Positions 44,114 to 57,123 of a stretch of 64,000 bases of DNA are shown in pieces (position 1 is the stretch's first letter; each line of letters opens with the position of its first letter). This DNA comes from Alphaproteobacteria bacterium (GTDB lineage Bacteria; Pseudomonadota; Alphaproteobacteria; JAAXGF01), in assembly GCA_963555825.3 (NCBI GenBank), contig CAUVXB020000002.1, forward strand, positions 3,360,001 through 3,424,000, read 5' to 3'. A program made the translations under genes and the position numbers. Below the pieces are notes generated by a model that saw only the letters and a program-made list of their open reading frames with translations, had not been told where the DNA came from and did no database searches.

Positions 44114-46201
44114 GAGCTATTGTCAAAAGTTGACGGGGCGGTAAAAAGTTGTTGGCCGATGGCGTGCTTGTACAGGTCTTTGCGGTTCGGTGAAGAATAT
44201 TTGCCTGTCTCCGCGTTGCTGGTGGATAAAACCTGATATTACCTATCCTTGGCTTCTCCTTGGCTTCGTTTTTTATGGTGCGATTGCCGCGCAGCGTCGG
44301 ATATTGAGGCCGAGGGCACGCAGATTGACCACGTAGCGCATGGCCGGCATGCCGCGAATGCGTAGGTGAGCCAGGTTCATCTGGTACTTTAATCGCGACA
44401 TGGTCGCTTCTATGCCGGCCCGCCATCTGTAGACGTCGCGGAAGGCATCGCTTTGTTCATAAAGCCGGCGCTTTTGGTTGGCAGCCCTGGCCGGGGTATA
44501 TTGAAAGCGGGAAAATTGGCCGTCACGCTTGGCCGCCTGCACGGGACATCGCAGTATATCGGGACATTTTTGGCAGATGGAAAGGTCGAAACGGGCCTGC
44601 AGCTTGGCTTTGGCGAGCGAGGCTGAAACCGGTTCGACGTTATTGGGACAGCGCAAGACCAAGCCTTCTTCGTTGAGAGTGAAATCCTCCAACGTCAACC
44701 GTCCCGAGACGGCGCCTTTCGGCGGTCGCGCGGGCGCCACGAGATTGATGTTCTGTTCGCGCGTCAGAGCCATGTTGTCACTGGAACCGTAATGTGAATC
44801 ACCCAGCATCACCGCCGGCGTCAGCGCGCGCTCGCTCAGATCATCCAGCGCATCGGCCAAGCGATGGCCGTCATGCACCGTCATCTTGTGGACCTCCACG
44901 TGGGTGATGAGGTCCGGTGTCGCGGCAACCGCCTCGTTACTGTCATCTTCACAATAGGTTTCGACGATCTGCGCCATGTATCCTTGACCCTTGTGCGCGT
45001 TGTAGCTCGCGTCCGGGTCGGCCGGATTGCCGACGGTATCGCACGGCACATCCTTTGGATCTCGAATCGCGGCGCGCGTTGCGTCACGATCGCCATACTC
45101 ATCATCAACGATCTCGAACTGATCGCGCAGAACCCTCTCCAGGATCGCAAAACTGAAAAGCTTTGCCGCCGCCGTGTCACGGAATTGCAGCACCAGGGCT
45201 AGGAGATACTGACCCGCTTCGCCGAGGCGCCGTTTTGAAACACTCGGCGCCGTATTCGCGAACGCGCCATTACCCTCGCGATCGACATAGCGGCGGATCA
45301 CCTCCTTGCTGATCTGCTCGTGCAGACCGGGATGATATCGCTCAAGCTCACGGGCAAACTTCGAGATGCTCTCAACAACGATACCAAGTCGTGTCAGCGC
45401 CCGCATTGCCGAACGAAGGGCCGTCGAATCCATGCGTTGGTGGCTGGTATCGACAGAGAACCCCTGCACCAGCCGATCCGTCAAACACCGGAACAGCAAT
45501 TCATCGAGACCTTGTTCGATAAACAGACGGCGATAGTTGCGCAGGGTTTTCTCACAGAAATAGCTGTCCGCTTCGCTGCGCACGTCCAAGGCATAGTGCC
45601 ACGCCATATTGAAGGCCAGGGCCTCGACGGTCTCTGCATCGCTCAGATCGTGCAGCTGCTGCAAAAGCAAGACCCCGATGACAACGTGTAGATCCTTCGA
45701 TGGTCGGCCCATGCGTTCATCAAGGTGACGGCAAAGATCGTCAACCGGAAGTTCGACAAGCAGATGGTTCCGAAAAACCCCGGCCCAGGATTGCTCCATC
45801 AGGCGCCGACGTTTGTCCCCGAAATCGGACCAGCGATCAAACAATTCCCCAGTCCGTCGGTCGCGTAAAGTAAACATGCACAATTATAATCCAGCCGACT
45901 CTCATGAGGAATCGACTTTTTACCGCCCCGTCAAAAGTTGTGTATGGGCTGATCATGCGGCGGCGCGATCCTGGCGTTCTCCATCTACGAATTTGACGCC
46001 GCGAATGATCTCGGCGAGATGGTTCGATCCATCGAGTTTTCTCCATTTTCTCTGAGCGCACTGGCATAGTTTGAAGACCATGGCCATCGCCGTCTTGCGC
46101 GACAGGCAGCCCTTGGTCCGGTAGGTGCGCAGACGAACCGTGGCGAACGTGCTCTCGATGGGGTTGGTCGTGCGTACATGCTTCCAGTGCTCGGCGGGGA
46201 A
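44114..46201 (-). mobile_element. IS256 type 2 3' remnant with an IS inserted in its right TIR
   Basis: 45933-46201 matches about 35042-35310; outer TIR part at 44114-44131. Confidence 0.88.
44132..45932 (-). mobile_element. IS1182/IS5-like IS, copy 2, intact (transposase 44273..45877)
   Basis: TIRs as in copy 1; flanking duplication AAAAGTT; GRPS, RMDS, DPDASY, GDSHYG, RAGIEATMS. Confidence 0.9.
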
Positions 46202-48774
46202 TGTCAATGGCGGAGCAAAAAGGGACCACCTCGGCGGTGTAAGAAGGGACCGCTTGGCGGCTGCGGGCTTGTCCCCGTAGTCCACGGGAGGGCCCCGCGC
46301 GCGACGCGGCGTGCCCTCAACAGGCTGACGCGGCGGCGCGCGCGGGAGGGACCTGTGGGCCCACGGGGTCAAGCGTGGGCTGGGTGGTCGGTTCAGTTAG
46401 CAGTCGGGGTTTGACGCCTGCGGCTCTGGTTGAGCCTGTAGCTGTCACCGTTCATCTCGAGGATGTTGACGTGGTGGGTGAGGCGATCGAGGAGCGCGCC
46501 GGTGAGGCGCTCGGAGCCGAACACCTCGGTCCATTCGTCGAAGGGCAGATTGGTGGTGACCAGGGTCGAGCCCCGCTCGTAGCGTTGGCTGAACACCTCG
46601 AACAACAGCTCGGCGCCGGTCTTCGACAGCGGCACGAAGCCGAGTTCGTCGACGATCAGAAGCTTGTAGGTGGCGAGCTTCTTCTGGAACCTCAGCAGCT
46701 GCTTGTCATCGCGGGCCTCGATGAGTTCGTGGACCAGCGCGGCGGCGGTGATGAAGCCGACCGAGAGGCCCTTCTGGCAGGCCGCCAGGCCGAGACCGAG
46801 GGCGATGTGGGTCTTGCCGGTCCCACTGTTGCCGAGCGCGATGAGGTTCTCGCGGCGCTCGATGTACTCGCAGCGGGCCAGCTCCAGGACCAGCGCCTTG
46901 TTGAGCGAGGGGATGACCTTGAAGTCGAAGCTGTCGAGGCTCTTGACCACGGGGAAGCGCGCCGCCTTGATGCGCCGCTCGACCATGCGGCGCTCGCGGT
47001 CGATCAGCTCGAGCTCGGCGAGTCTCAACAGGTAGCGGACGTGATCGACGCCTTCCGAGGCGCACTGCCGGGCGATCTTGTCGTACTCGCGCAGGAAGGT
47101 CGGCAGCTTCAGCGTCTTGAGGTGGTGGGCGAGCAGCACTTGCGGTGTGTCGGTCATGCGCCGAGCCCCGACAGCAGGCTCATGTACGACTTGGCGGACG
47201 TCATCGCGACCCGGGCGCGCGGCAGATACGGATAGACGTCGAGGTTGAGCCTGGGCGGCCGCCGCTCGATGCGGCACAGTACCAGGTGCTTCACCGCATC
47301 AAAGCCGATTGCGCCGAGCCGCAGGGCGTCGCCGACCGCACCCTCGACCTCCTCGAGCCGGAAGGTCTCCAGTAGACGGAGCACCTGGACGTACTCGCGC
47401 TTGCCTGCCTTGCCCATACGAGCTTCGAGGAGCCGCCGCAGAGTGATGAAGGCCTCGGGCAGGTCCCAGCCCGCCAATGGCGCGGCCTGGTCGAGGGCGC
47501 CGATCTTCTGCTCGATCAAGGGCAGGTAATGCAGCGGGTCGAAGATCAGGTCCTCGCTGTCGTAGGACCGGCGGTGCCGGGCGATCACCTCGGCCCCGCA
47601 GCTGATCACCACCTCATCGACGTAGCCCCGGATGAGCACCTCACGGTGGCCGTAGGCCACGGGCACGGAATAGTCGTTGCTGCGGTAACGCACCAGCGAC
47701 AGCGAACTCGCCCGTCCAGGGCGCTTATCGCAGGCATCATAGGGAGCAGGCGGCAATGGCAAGAGAACTTGACGATCCCGCTCGAGACGCTCGCCGATGG
47801 TCTCCTTGTGGCCCCGCAGCCGCGCCGCCTGGCGCCGGCGGCACTGTTCGGCGAGAGCATCGTTGAGGGCCGCGAAGCTCTCGGCACGCGGGACGGGGAC
47901 CAGGAAGTTCCGCCGGATGAAGCCGACCAGTCCCTCGACCTTGCCCTTGTCGTTGCCCTTGCCCGGCCGGCCGAACCTGTCCTCGAACAGATAGTGGGAC
48001 TGAAGCTCCGTGAAGACGCGCGTTCGCTGCCGCTTCCCATCGCCCAGGATCCGGGCAACCGCCAGCTTGGTGTTGTCGTACAGGATGGATCGGGGGACGC
48101 CGCCGAAGAAGGCAAACGCCGCGTTGTGGCCATCGCAGAATGCTTCGGTCGTCTCCGCCGGATAGGCCGCAACAAAGCAACCATCACTGTGGGGAAGGTC
48201 GAAGGCAAGGAAGTGGATCTTCCGTAACGCGCCGCCGATCACCGCCATCGCTTCGCCGAAGTCCGCCTGGGCGTGACCGGGGGAATGGGAGAGTGGCACG
48301 AACACCTCACGCGACCGAAGCCCCTGCTCACGAACGTAGTCCTTCACGATGGTGTAGCCGCCCGTGAAACCGTACTCGTCCCGGAGGCGGTCGAAGATGC
48401 GCTTCGCAGTGTGCCGTTGCTTGCGGTGGCTGGTCCGATCGTCTTCCAAGATCCGATCGATGATTCCCGTGAACGGACCCAGCTTTGGCCGCCTCGGCGG
48501 CGCGCTTCGGCGATACCCTGGCGGCACCGAGAACGACAGCATCTTACGGACCGTCTTGCGGTCTACACCAAACACCCGCGAGGCCTCGCGGGTGCTCATC
48601 CCCTCGACATGACACGCCCGCCGAACCCGTGCGTACAACTCCACCCGATACATCCCCCCCCGCCTTCCAGTCAGAGCAACCCTGACAGAAGGCTATACGC
48701 GGTCCCATTTTGGTCCGCCGCAGCCGGATCGACCGGCCGCTTCAGTGGGGGATTATTGCTCTGCCGTTCTCACA
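46202..48774 (-). mobile_element. IS21 type A, copy 2, intact (istA 47154..48653, istB 46393..47157)
   Basis: TG..CA ends; QADFG, YDN, KGKVE; IstB Walker motifs. Confidence 0.93.
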
Positions 48775-48836
48775 CCGGCAGCGCGTGCTGCTCATAGAAC
48801 GGCAGCACCTTGTCATTGAGCATGTCGGCTGACGTG
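48775..48836 (-). pseudogene. IS481-family transposase scrap
   Basis: Reads TSADMLNDKVLPFYEQHALP. Confidence 0.5.
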
Positions 48837-50962
48837 TGTTGGTAACGACCGTAAATTTCCCATTTGTAACGACCCAAAATTTCTCACTTTGGGCTTGTCG
48901 CTGAAGGCGTATCGGGCCGTTCTGTTGGCTTTGCCAACAGAACGGGATCGGTGCGCGGATGTACAAATGGGAGATCAGGATGTTATTGAAGCACTATCTG
49001 GACCGGGGCGTCTCGAAGGCGGAGCTGTCGAGGCGGTTCGGGGTGAATCGTCGGACGATCCACAATTGGGTCGATACCGGCCAACTGGACCGGGATCTGG
49101 CCGCCGGTGCGCGAGGGTATTCGCCCCGTCCGCCGGTGGCCCACAAGCTGGCCCCCTACAAGGCAATCATCGACGCCCGTCTTGAGGCGTTCCCGAAGCT
49201 GTCGGCGAAGCGGCTTTTCGATGAGGTCCGCGCTGCGGGCTACCCGGGCTGCTACTCTCGCGTGAACGACTACGTGCGTGCGACGCGACCGCGCGAACCG
49301 GTTGAATCGCTGGTCCGGTTCGAGACGCCGGCGGGGCATCAGGGCCAGGTGGACTTCGGTACGTTCACGCTACCCTGGGGCCGGCGCCATGCCCTGGTGA
49401 TCGTCCTCGGCTACTCCCGGCTGCTGTGGCTGCACTTCTATACTCGGCAGACCATGCCGGTCCTGATGGAAGGTCTGGAGAGCGCCTTCGACCGGTTCAG
49501 CGGGGTTCCGGAGGAGCTGCTGTTCGACCAGATGCGCGCCGTGGTGCTGTCCGACGACCGCGGGGCCGGCGGCGGCCTGGTGCTGAACGAGGAGTTCCTG
49601 CGGTTCGCCGCGCACTGGGGGTTCATGCCGCGCTCGTGCCGACCCTATCGGGCCCAGACCAAGGGCAAAGTGGAGCGCCCGATCCGCTACATCCGCGAGA
49701 GCTTCTTCTACGGCCGCTCGTTTGCGAATGACAACGATCTCAACGAGCAGGCCGTGCGCTGGCTGGAGGGCACAGCCAACGTCCGCCGGCATGCCACGAC
49801 CGGGGAGCGTCCTGTCGACCGCTTCGAGCGCGACGAGCGGGCGGTGCTTCTCCCCTTGGCGAACCATCCCTATCGACGTCTCGGCGCCCGGCATGCTCCG
49901 GAGCCCGCGCCGCGGCGACTGCCGGCAACCGTGAAGGTCGAGCGGCGACCGCTTAGTATCTATACGGAGGCGCTGCAATGAACGCTCCGGCGCCGGCCCG
50001 GCGCGACCGGCTGCGGGCAATGCTGGCGGACCTCAAGATGCCGGGCGCGCTGGAGGCCGTCGACGGTATCCTCTCGGACGCCGACGGCGGCACAATCTCG
50101 GCGGCCGAGGCCATCGAGCAGTTGCTGAACGCCCAGATCGTGCTGCGCAACAACCGTCGTCTCCAGACCGCCATGCGCTCCTCGCGGCTGCCGGCTGTGA
50201 AGACGCTCGATCAGTTCGACTTCGCCTTCCAGCCCAGCATCAAGCGCGAGCAGATCGAGAGCTTGCACGAGCTCGGCTTCCTGGACCGCGGCGAGAACGT
50301 GATCCTGCTCGGCCCGCCAGGCGTCGGGAAAACGCACTTGGCGATCAGCCTCGCGATCGCGGCGGCCGAGGCCGGCCGGCGCGTCTACTACGGCACGCTC
50401 GCGGGGCTGATCGAGTCCCTCACCGAGGCCAAGGCCGCCGGCAATCTGACCCGGCGGCTGCGCGTGCTCACCCATCCGGCTCTGCTGGTGGTCGACGAGA
50501 TCGGCTACCTGCCGGTCAACCAGGACGGCGCCGTGCTCTTCTTCCAGCTCATCAACGCCCGGCACGAGAAGGCGTCGACTGTGCTGACGTCGAACAAGGG
50601 TTTCGAGGACTGGGGCGGCGTGCTGGGCGACGAGGTGATGGCGGCGGCTCTCATCGACCGCCTTGTGCACCACTGCCATATCGTCAACATCCGAGGCAAC
50701 AGCTACCGGATGAAGGATCATCAGAACCTGCTGCAGTCCGGCTCGGATCGACGCAGGAAAAGAGCCGCCGAGTGATCGCCGACTCAAACGGAGACAGGAG
50801 CGGTGACACCCGCCCGCTGTGGATAACCGGGTTGTCGCCGCCAGACTCTTGGCGGTCGCTGCGCCAACCCGGTTACCTACAGCTCGACCAAGTCCGTACC
50901 CCCAAACACTGCGTCTGGGGGTACGACCGCACGCCCAAAGTGAGAAATTTTCGATCGACAAA
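48837..50962 (+). mobile_element. IS21 type B (istA 48959..49981, istB 49978..50775), right end cut by IS3
   Basis: TGTTGGTAACGACC..GTAACGACC repeated end; RFETPAG.QGQVDF, TKGKVER; GPPGVGKT. Confidence 0.9.
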
Positions 50963-51897
50963 TGGAGTGCGCCCCTGGACCCGGACAGGTGATGTATAAG
51001 GAGTTGACCGGGGACGCCGGGCTTTCAGAGGATGAAAGCCATGGCAAAGCACCGCACATACAGTATCGAATTCAAGCGGCAGGTGGCGCAGGAGTTTCTC
51101 GCCGGGGAGAGCCTTCACGGGCTCTCCCGGCGCCACGACGTCTCGCGTAACTTGATCCGTGTCTGGGTGGCGAAGCTGGAAGCCGGCACCTACGACGAAG
51201 ATGCCGAGGCTGCCGATCTCCTGCAGGAATACGAGGCGAAAATCGCTGCCCTCGAGCGCCTGGTCGGCCGGCAGGCGCTGGAGATCGAGTTTCTAAAAGG
51301 GGCTCTGAAAAGCGCACCCCGGCCGAGAAGCGCGACTACATCCGTGATTGCCGGCCCGATGGTCTCTCCATCGCCCAAGGATGCCGACTGATGGGCCTGC
51401 CACGCTCGACCTATTACGACGCGCCGGTGGCCACGGCCGACGAGGCCGAGATCGTCGCCCGCATCGAGGCGATCTGTGAGGAGTTCGAAGCCTACGGCTA
51501 TCGCCGTGTCGGTGCCGCGCTGCGCCACCAAGGCATCATCGTCAACAGCAAGAAGGTCCGCCGTCTGATGCGCGAACACGACCTGCAGCCCAGGCGCCGC
51601 AAGCGCTTCGTCGCCACCACTGACAGCGATCATGACGGGCCGATCTTCCCCAACCTTGCCAAGGACGTCACGGCTGACGGGCCGAACCAGCTCTGGGTCG
51701 CCGACATCACCTACGTCGCGATCGCTGTCGGCTTCGTCTATGTCGCGGTCATCCTCGATGCCTGGTCGCGCCGGGTCGTGGGCTATGCGATCAGCCGATC
51801 GATCGATGCGCGTCTCACCATAGCGGCGCTCAAAGCGGCCATTCGATCGCGGCGGCCCCCGGCGGGCTGCATCCACCATTCGGATCGCGGCTCGCAG
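50963..51897 (+). mobile_element. IS3-family type C, 5' part (orfA 51032..51391, orfB to HSDRGSQ)
   Basis: End TGGAGTGCGCCCC; AAAAGGGG frameshift window; WVADITY; cut by IS30. Confidence 0.88.
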
Positions 51898-53369
51898 GGC
51901 GGATTCAACCGGTCGTCGCAACACGTTCAGTTTGACTGGCCTGCAAGCACTGGTCCAGAGCTTCGGCGGGAGTTCTCCATCCGAGGGTCTTGCGGGGCCG
52001 TGTATTGAGCGCGTCAGCAACAACTGCGAGTACGTCCGGACTGTGTACGCTCAGATCGGTTCCTTTCGGGAAGTACTGTCGAAGCAGTCCATTGGTGTTC
52101 TCGTTCGTTCCGCGTTGCCAAGGGCTGTGCGGTTCGCAGAAGTAGACGGGAAGGCCGGTTGCGATCCGCAGATCCGCATGCCTGGCCATCTCTGCTCCCT
52201 GGTCCCAGGTCAGCGAGCGGCGAAGCTGCGCTGGCAATGTCGTGATCGTCCGGGCGATGGCATCGCGAACCGCTTCAGCCCCATGACCGGCAAGCGCAGG
52301 CCCGTTCTTCACGCGCGGGACGGTGCCGTGGCCTTCCATTCGGGGAAGATGCAGCAGCATTGTGAACCGCGTGGTGCGTTCCACCAGAGTGCCGATCGCC
52401 GATCTGCCCAAGCCGATGATCAGGTCACCTTCCCAGTGTCCGGGTACGGCCCGATCAGCTGCTTCCGCCGATCGTTCACTGATCATGATCTCAGGCGTGA
52501 CGAAGGATTTGCCCCGCCGGCGGCTACGTGCCCGAGGCACGCGCAGTGCCCTTCCCGTGCGAAGGCAGGCGGTCAGCTCACGACGGAGTGCGCCGCGGCC
52601 CTGTACGTAGAGCGCCTGATAGATCGCCTCATGACTGATCCGCATCGCTTGATCCTCGGGCCCGTCCCCAGGATAGTCGATCCGAAGACGGTGCGCGATC
52701 TGCTCAGGACTCCAGGCCCTGGCCCATCGCCTGTGCTGCCGCGGCCCATGCCGACGACCGTTCCAGACGACGCGTGGCCCCTCGATCACCGTTCCATCCG
52801 GTGCCGAGATCCGACCCGCAAGCCGATCCTGCACATAGCGCCGCAGCGCCTCATTCGTTGCCAGCTTGGCTGGCTTCGGCCTTTTGGCGGATCGATCAGC
52901 ATGCCACTGCGCCGTCGTTGCTCGGTAGTCCAGGCCACCGCTTCGGGTCGCCGCGTTGCGCCGCACCTCGCGGGAGATCGTCGACGGTGCTCGCTCCAGC
53001 CGGCAAGCAATATGACGTATGCCTCTTCCCTGGGCGCGCAGAAGAGCAATCTCCTCACGTTCCTCGAAAGACAGGTAACGTCCTGACAGCGGCTTGGCCG
53101 ATTGCGATAAATGTGATGGTGGCATGCCGCCCGACCTCCGGAACCACCTCGAGCCTACCGGAGGGGATACACCGGCATCTCGGGCCGCGTCCTCGCTCGA
53201 ACGCCCCGTCGCAATCGCTGCCCAGAACCGAACAAGCTCCTCACGCCGTGCCGAGTCCGGTCGACCTGGCGAATGCAACTTGCTCCGTCCAGACCGATCC
53301 GACCGCCGTCTGCGTACCGTCATAGCAACCTCCTATGCCAGAGTGTTGCGACGACCGATTGAACTCGCC
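51898..53369 (-). mobile_element. IS30-family IS (transposase 51905..53323)
   Basis: TIRs GGCGGATTCAACCGGTCGTCGCAACAC / GTGTTGCGACGACCGATTGAACTCGCC; CAG on both sides; WSPEQIA, GHWEGD, WDQG, NENTNGLLRQYFPK. Confidence 0.93.
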
Positions 53370-53677
53370 CAGTACTGCTCAGACGCATACCAGGCGCGCC
53401 TCGGTGAACTCGGTTTCCTCGCCTCAATGAGCGGTAAGGGAAATTGCTATGATAACGCCGTCGTCGAGACCTTCTTCAAAACCATCAAGTCAGAACTGAT
53501 CTGGAGGACTGTGTTCATGTCAAGAAGCCAAGCTGAAACTGCCATAGCCGGATACATCGATGGGTTCTATAATCCAGTCCGTCGGCACTCGACGCTGGAC
53601 TTCACAAGCCCCGTCAAATTCGAGGCAGAAGCAATGCAAACGGTGTAGGGCGCCTCCACTTTTCCTGGATGGGTCCA
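53370..53677 (+). mobile_element. IS3-family 3' part whose terminus matches type B
   Basis: QYCS...GNCYDNAVVETFF..YNPVRRHS; end TCCACTTTTCCTGGATGGGTCCA pairs with the type B left TIR. Confidence 0.8.
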
Positions 53678-54065
53678 GTCTATGTGGCCTTCTCGGCAGT
53701 GGAGGAGGCTTCGATACCCGACACAACGGTTGGAACAGCATGACGCGGCGAAGAAGGCGGGGGTTCCGGAGTCCCGGAAAGACAAGTAGCCATTAGGTCG
53801 GTTACCGAAGATGCCGTTGGCGGAGATGGCGCGCGAACGGCTGAGTCCTTTGGCTACCTGCCGCCGTCGCCGGCCGTGCGCGGCCGATTTCCGCTGTCCG
53901 GCCGGTGGGCGGCGAGACAGCGAGGGCGCCGAAGCATGCCGATCAGGTGATCGTGAAACTGCTCGACCCCAGCCCTGACGCCGACGGTGGTCGTCAGCCG
54001 TCCACCGCCGATCAGCAGCATGCCGGTACCGAGCAAGACGGAGACCGTACCGGGGTCATTCGTTC

Positions 54066-55170
54066 CTTGCCTATCCGGTTAACGCCCATGACCGCTACAT
54101 GTAGGGTGCCGCCACTCTCCCGAGTAAAGCTCGGCATAGGTTGGAGCAGAGGTGTCGCCCGCGATGCCGAGCAATGAGCGGAAGGCGTTGAACGGGTAGA
54201 ACCGCCTGTTGAAGCGGAAGGTGAACTCGTTGAGGTAGGCTTGTAGGTGCTGGTGGCTAACGCCGTGGTGGATACCGATCAGCCACGTCTTCAGGTTGGC
54301 GAAAACCAGATGGATGATCGGCAGGTATTGCTCGGCAACCTCTGGATCACCACACTCGGCAACAGCGAAGTGCTCATAGCCGCGCTTACCGAGGCCAGCA
54401 TAGCCGCTCCAATCGTCAGTAACGATCAGCGATCCCGGCGCGACGGTGCTCTCGACGAACCCACAGAGCGACTCGGCGCTACGGTCGAGCACGACGGCGA
54501 GCCGAACGCGTCCGGCATAGCGTCCGTCTTTCCGGTTGTCGAGCTTGGTGCCCGGCTTTCGATGACGCACCTCGATGGCACAGGAGACGGGAACCTTGTG
54601 GTGAACACCACGGCCTTCCCCACGCGTTCGCCCGCCAACCCAGGTTTCGTCCACCTCAACATGGTTCTTGGGCTGTCCACCGATCCTGTCTTGGTTGGGC
54701 CGCACCATGCCCGAGCGGAGCTTGTGGAGAATTTGAAAGGCCGTCTCGTAGCGCGAAAGACCAAGTTGCCGCTGAAACTGCACGGCGGACATGCCGGGCG
54801 TCTGACTGGCGACCAGATAAGCGGCCCAGAACCAGACGTTCAGCGGAGTGTGGCTACGCTCCATCACTGTTCCCACCGTCAGCCCGGTGTTCTGGCGGCA
54901 CTTGCGGCAGCGCAGGACGCCAGGGCGGTTTTCAAAGTGGAACGGCTCTCCCGCCGTGCCGCAGTGCGGGCAGGCAAAGCCGTCTCCCCAGCGGGCTTTC
55001 TCCAGGTAGGCGGCGCAGGCCGCATCATCGGGGAAAAGTCGCTGGAACTCGGGTAGCGAATGCGGGAATGGGAGATCGGCGCGGTCGAGAACATCCATGG
55101 CGCGCTCCCCTATATCCGGTTTGCGCCCATTCTAGCCCTAGTGGGTGTGGGTGTAAACCGGATAGGCAAG
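54066..55170 (-). mobile_element. IS1595 type 1, copy 2 (transposase 54079..55098), 8-bp TSD
   Basis: TSD ATTCGTTC at 54058-54065 and 55171-55178. Confidence 0.93.
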
Positions 55171-55177
55171 ATTCGTT

Positions 55178-57043
55178 CTACGGGATGATCAGCACCATCT
55201 TGGCGAAGATGAGATCGGGATCATCGCCGATGAGATGATGGTTCGCCTTCACTATTCTCGTCCACAGGTGGCCATTTCGATAGAAGAATACGGCGATCTT
55301 CGAGAGCGAGTCCCCTTCCTGGACGGTGTAGATGCCCCGCGCATTAGTGAGTCTCGCCACCCCGCTCTGGGCCACTTCGATCGCGAGACGGGCGCTTTCA
55401 AGCTGCTGGCGCTGAGATTCGTTGAGACGACTGACATTGGCGCTTTGCCTCAGCAGCAGATCGTACTCCTGGGTTAGATCCGCCGCCTTGGACCGGGCAT
55501 GCTCAAGGTCTCCGCTCGTCAGCGCGAACTCGCGTTCGAGATCGGTCGCGGTGTCTTCCAGCTTGCTAAGCTCTTCACGAAGCCGATCACTTTCCACGGT
55601 CCTTGTCGACAGCTCTAGCCTGAGACGATCGCCATCCGACGTCGCCTGCGCGAGTGCGTGCTTGAGCTCGTCGTTGCGACGGGTCAACTCCTGATTCTGG
55701 GCTATCGCCTGATTGGTCTGGCTTAGCAATACGGCCAGCTCGTCCTCTTTCGCGCTGAGGGCATGGCGTTGTGTCTGCAGCTGGCGGCTGAGCTCGTCGC
55801 GTTCGCCGAGCACCCTCGATCGCTGCGTCTTTAGCTCGGCCACCTCGGATTCGGATCGTCGAGTCTCGGCAGTGAGCTGCTGGACGGAGCTTCGCGCACT
55901 GCCCAGGTGGTCCTCGAGCTGCGAGTTGAGAGCTTCGAGCTCCATCACTCGAGCGGTGGCCACCCCAAGCGTGGTTTCTAGCTCCTGCATCGACATTTCG
56001 GCAAACTCGAGCGAACGCGATTGTTCCGCCACCGAGGCGTTTCGAGCCGCGAGCAAGGACTGTGTTTCCGCTAGCTCGGAGCGCTGCTGTTCCAATGTCG
56101 AAAGCAGGTTCTCGACGTCCGCCACTTGTCGTCGAGCGTCGGCCCGAGCTTCCGCGAGCTCGGTCTGCAAAGCGGCTGTCGCGGCTTCGAGTGTCTGAAT
56201 CTGACCGCGGGAGACTTCGAGCTCGCTCGCCAGCGACTCGACCGATGCCTTGGCGACGTCGCGCGTGCCGGTGAGCCTCGTCACCTTGGCCTCACGTTCG
56301 CGCAGCTGTGCCTCGAGCTCGGCGAAGGCAAGTCTGAGACCGTCGAGGTCACTCGACATTTGTGCATTCGTTATGTTTTCTTGCTCGAGCTGACGCCGGA
56401 GGACCGAGTTCTTAGCCTCTAACTCGTCGCCTCGCGCCCTCGATGCGCTCAGTTCGCGGTTGAGCGCCTCGGATGCCGACTCGGCCTTGTCGAGCGCCTG
56501 TCGGGCCTGCAGCTGCGCAGCCCCGAGGGATAACAGCATCACAGCCTTCTCTTCGAGCCGCGCCGCGGTGCTTTCGAGATCAGACTCAACGGTCCGCAAA
56601 TCGGTTTGCAGCCGCTCACGATCTGATTCGAGCTCGGTAATCCGGCCGCTTCGAGACTCGGCCACCTCATCGAGCTGTCGCCGGTCTTCTCCAGCACGGG
56701 CAAGCGTTTGCCGGGTCTCGGCAAGGGAAGCTTCGAGCTGTTCAATCTGTTTGCTTTTTTCCGACAGCTGCTGGCCTAGGCTATTGCTTGCGGTGGTGAT
56801 GGTGGCGATCTGAGCGGCCAGACGATCGCGTTCTGCTGCTGCTTGCTCTGCACTTTGACGCGCCCGATCCAGTTTTTCAGACGCCTCCTGCAGCTTGGCG
56901 TCGAACTGCTCTTTCGCCCTCTCGAGCGCTGCTTCCTGTACCGCCACGCCCTGGCTTAGCCGGTAAGCGTGCACAGACATGCCGATGAGCAAGGCCAGGG
57001 TCACAAGTGCTCCAGCTACGGTCCACGATCCGGATTTTTTCAT
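55178..57043 (-). CDS. Membrane-anchored long coiled-coil protein with C-terminal LysM domain
   Basis: N-terminal TM/signal, about 530-aa heptad region, YTVQEGDSLSKIA..Y....W..I..AN...PDLI...L.IP. Confidence 0.88.
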   Translation of the reverse strand: MKKSGSWTVAGALVTLALLIGMSVHAYRLSQGVAVQEAALERAKEQFDAKLQEASEKLDRARQSAEQAAAERDRLAAQIATITTASNSLGQQLSEKSKQIEQLEASLAETRQTLARAGEDRRQLDEVAESRSGRITELESDRERLQTDLRTVESDLESTAARLEEKAVMLLSLGAAQLQARQALDKAESASEALNRELSASRARGDELEAKNSVLRRQLEQENITNAQMSSDLDGLRLAFAELEAQLREREAKVTRLTGTRDVAKASVESLASELEVSRGQIQTLEAATAALQTELAEARADARRQVADVENLLSTLEQQRSELAETQSLLAARNASVAEQSRSLEFAEMSMQELETTLGVATARVMELEALNSQLEDHLGSARSSVQQLTAETRRSESEVAELKTQRSRVLGERDELSRQLQTQRHALSAKEDELAVLLSQTNQAIAQNQELTRRNDELKHALAQATSDGDRLRLELSTRTVESDRLREELSKLEDTATDLEREFALTSGDLEHARSKAADLTQEYDLLLRQSANVSRLNESQRQQLESARLAIEVAQSGVARLTNARGIYTVQEGDSLSKIAVFFYRNGHLWTRIVKANHHLIGDDPDLIFAKMVLIIP

Positions 57044-57123
57044 TGTCGAGGTCCTCGTATGTCACGCTGCGGCTATTGGACCACACGAGATCAATTCACG
57101 TAAATTGCAAAGTTTGCCGGCTC

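Noticed and set aside
15412-48774. Composite transposon bounded by inverted IS21 copies
   Set aside because: Flanks of the three IS21 type A copies share no TSD in any pairing.
53678-54065. Short ORFs between IS3 and IS1595
   Set aside because: No recognisable motif or convincing RBS; left uncalled.
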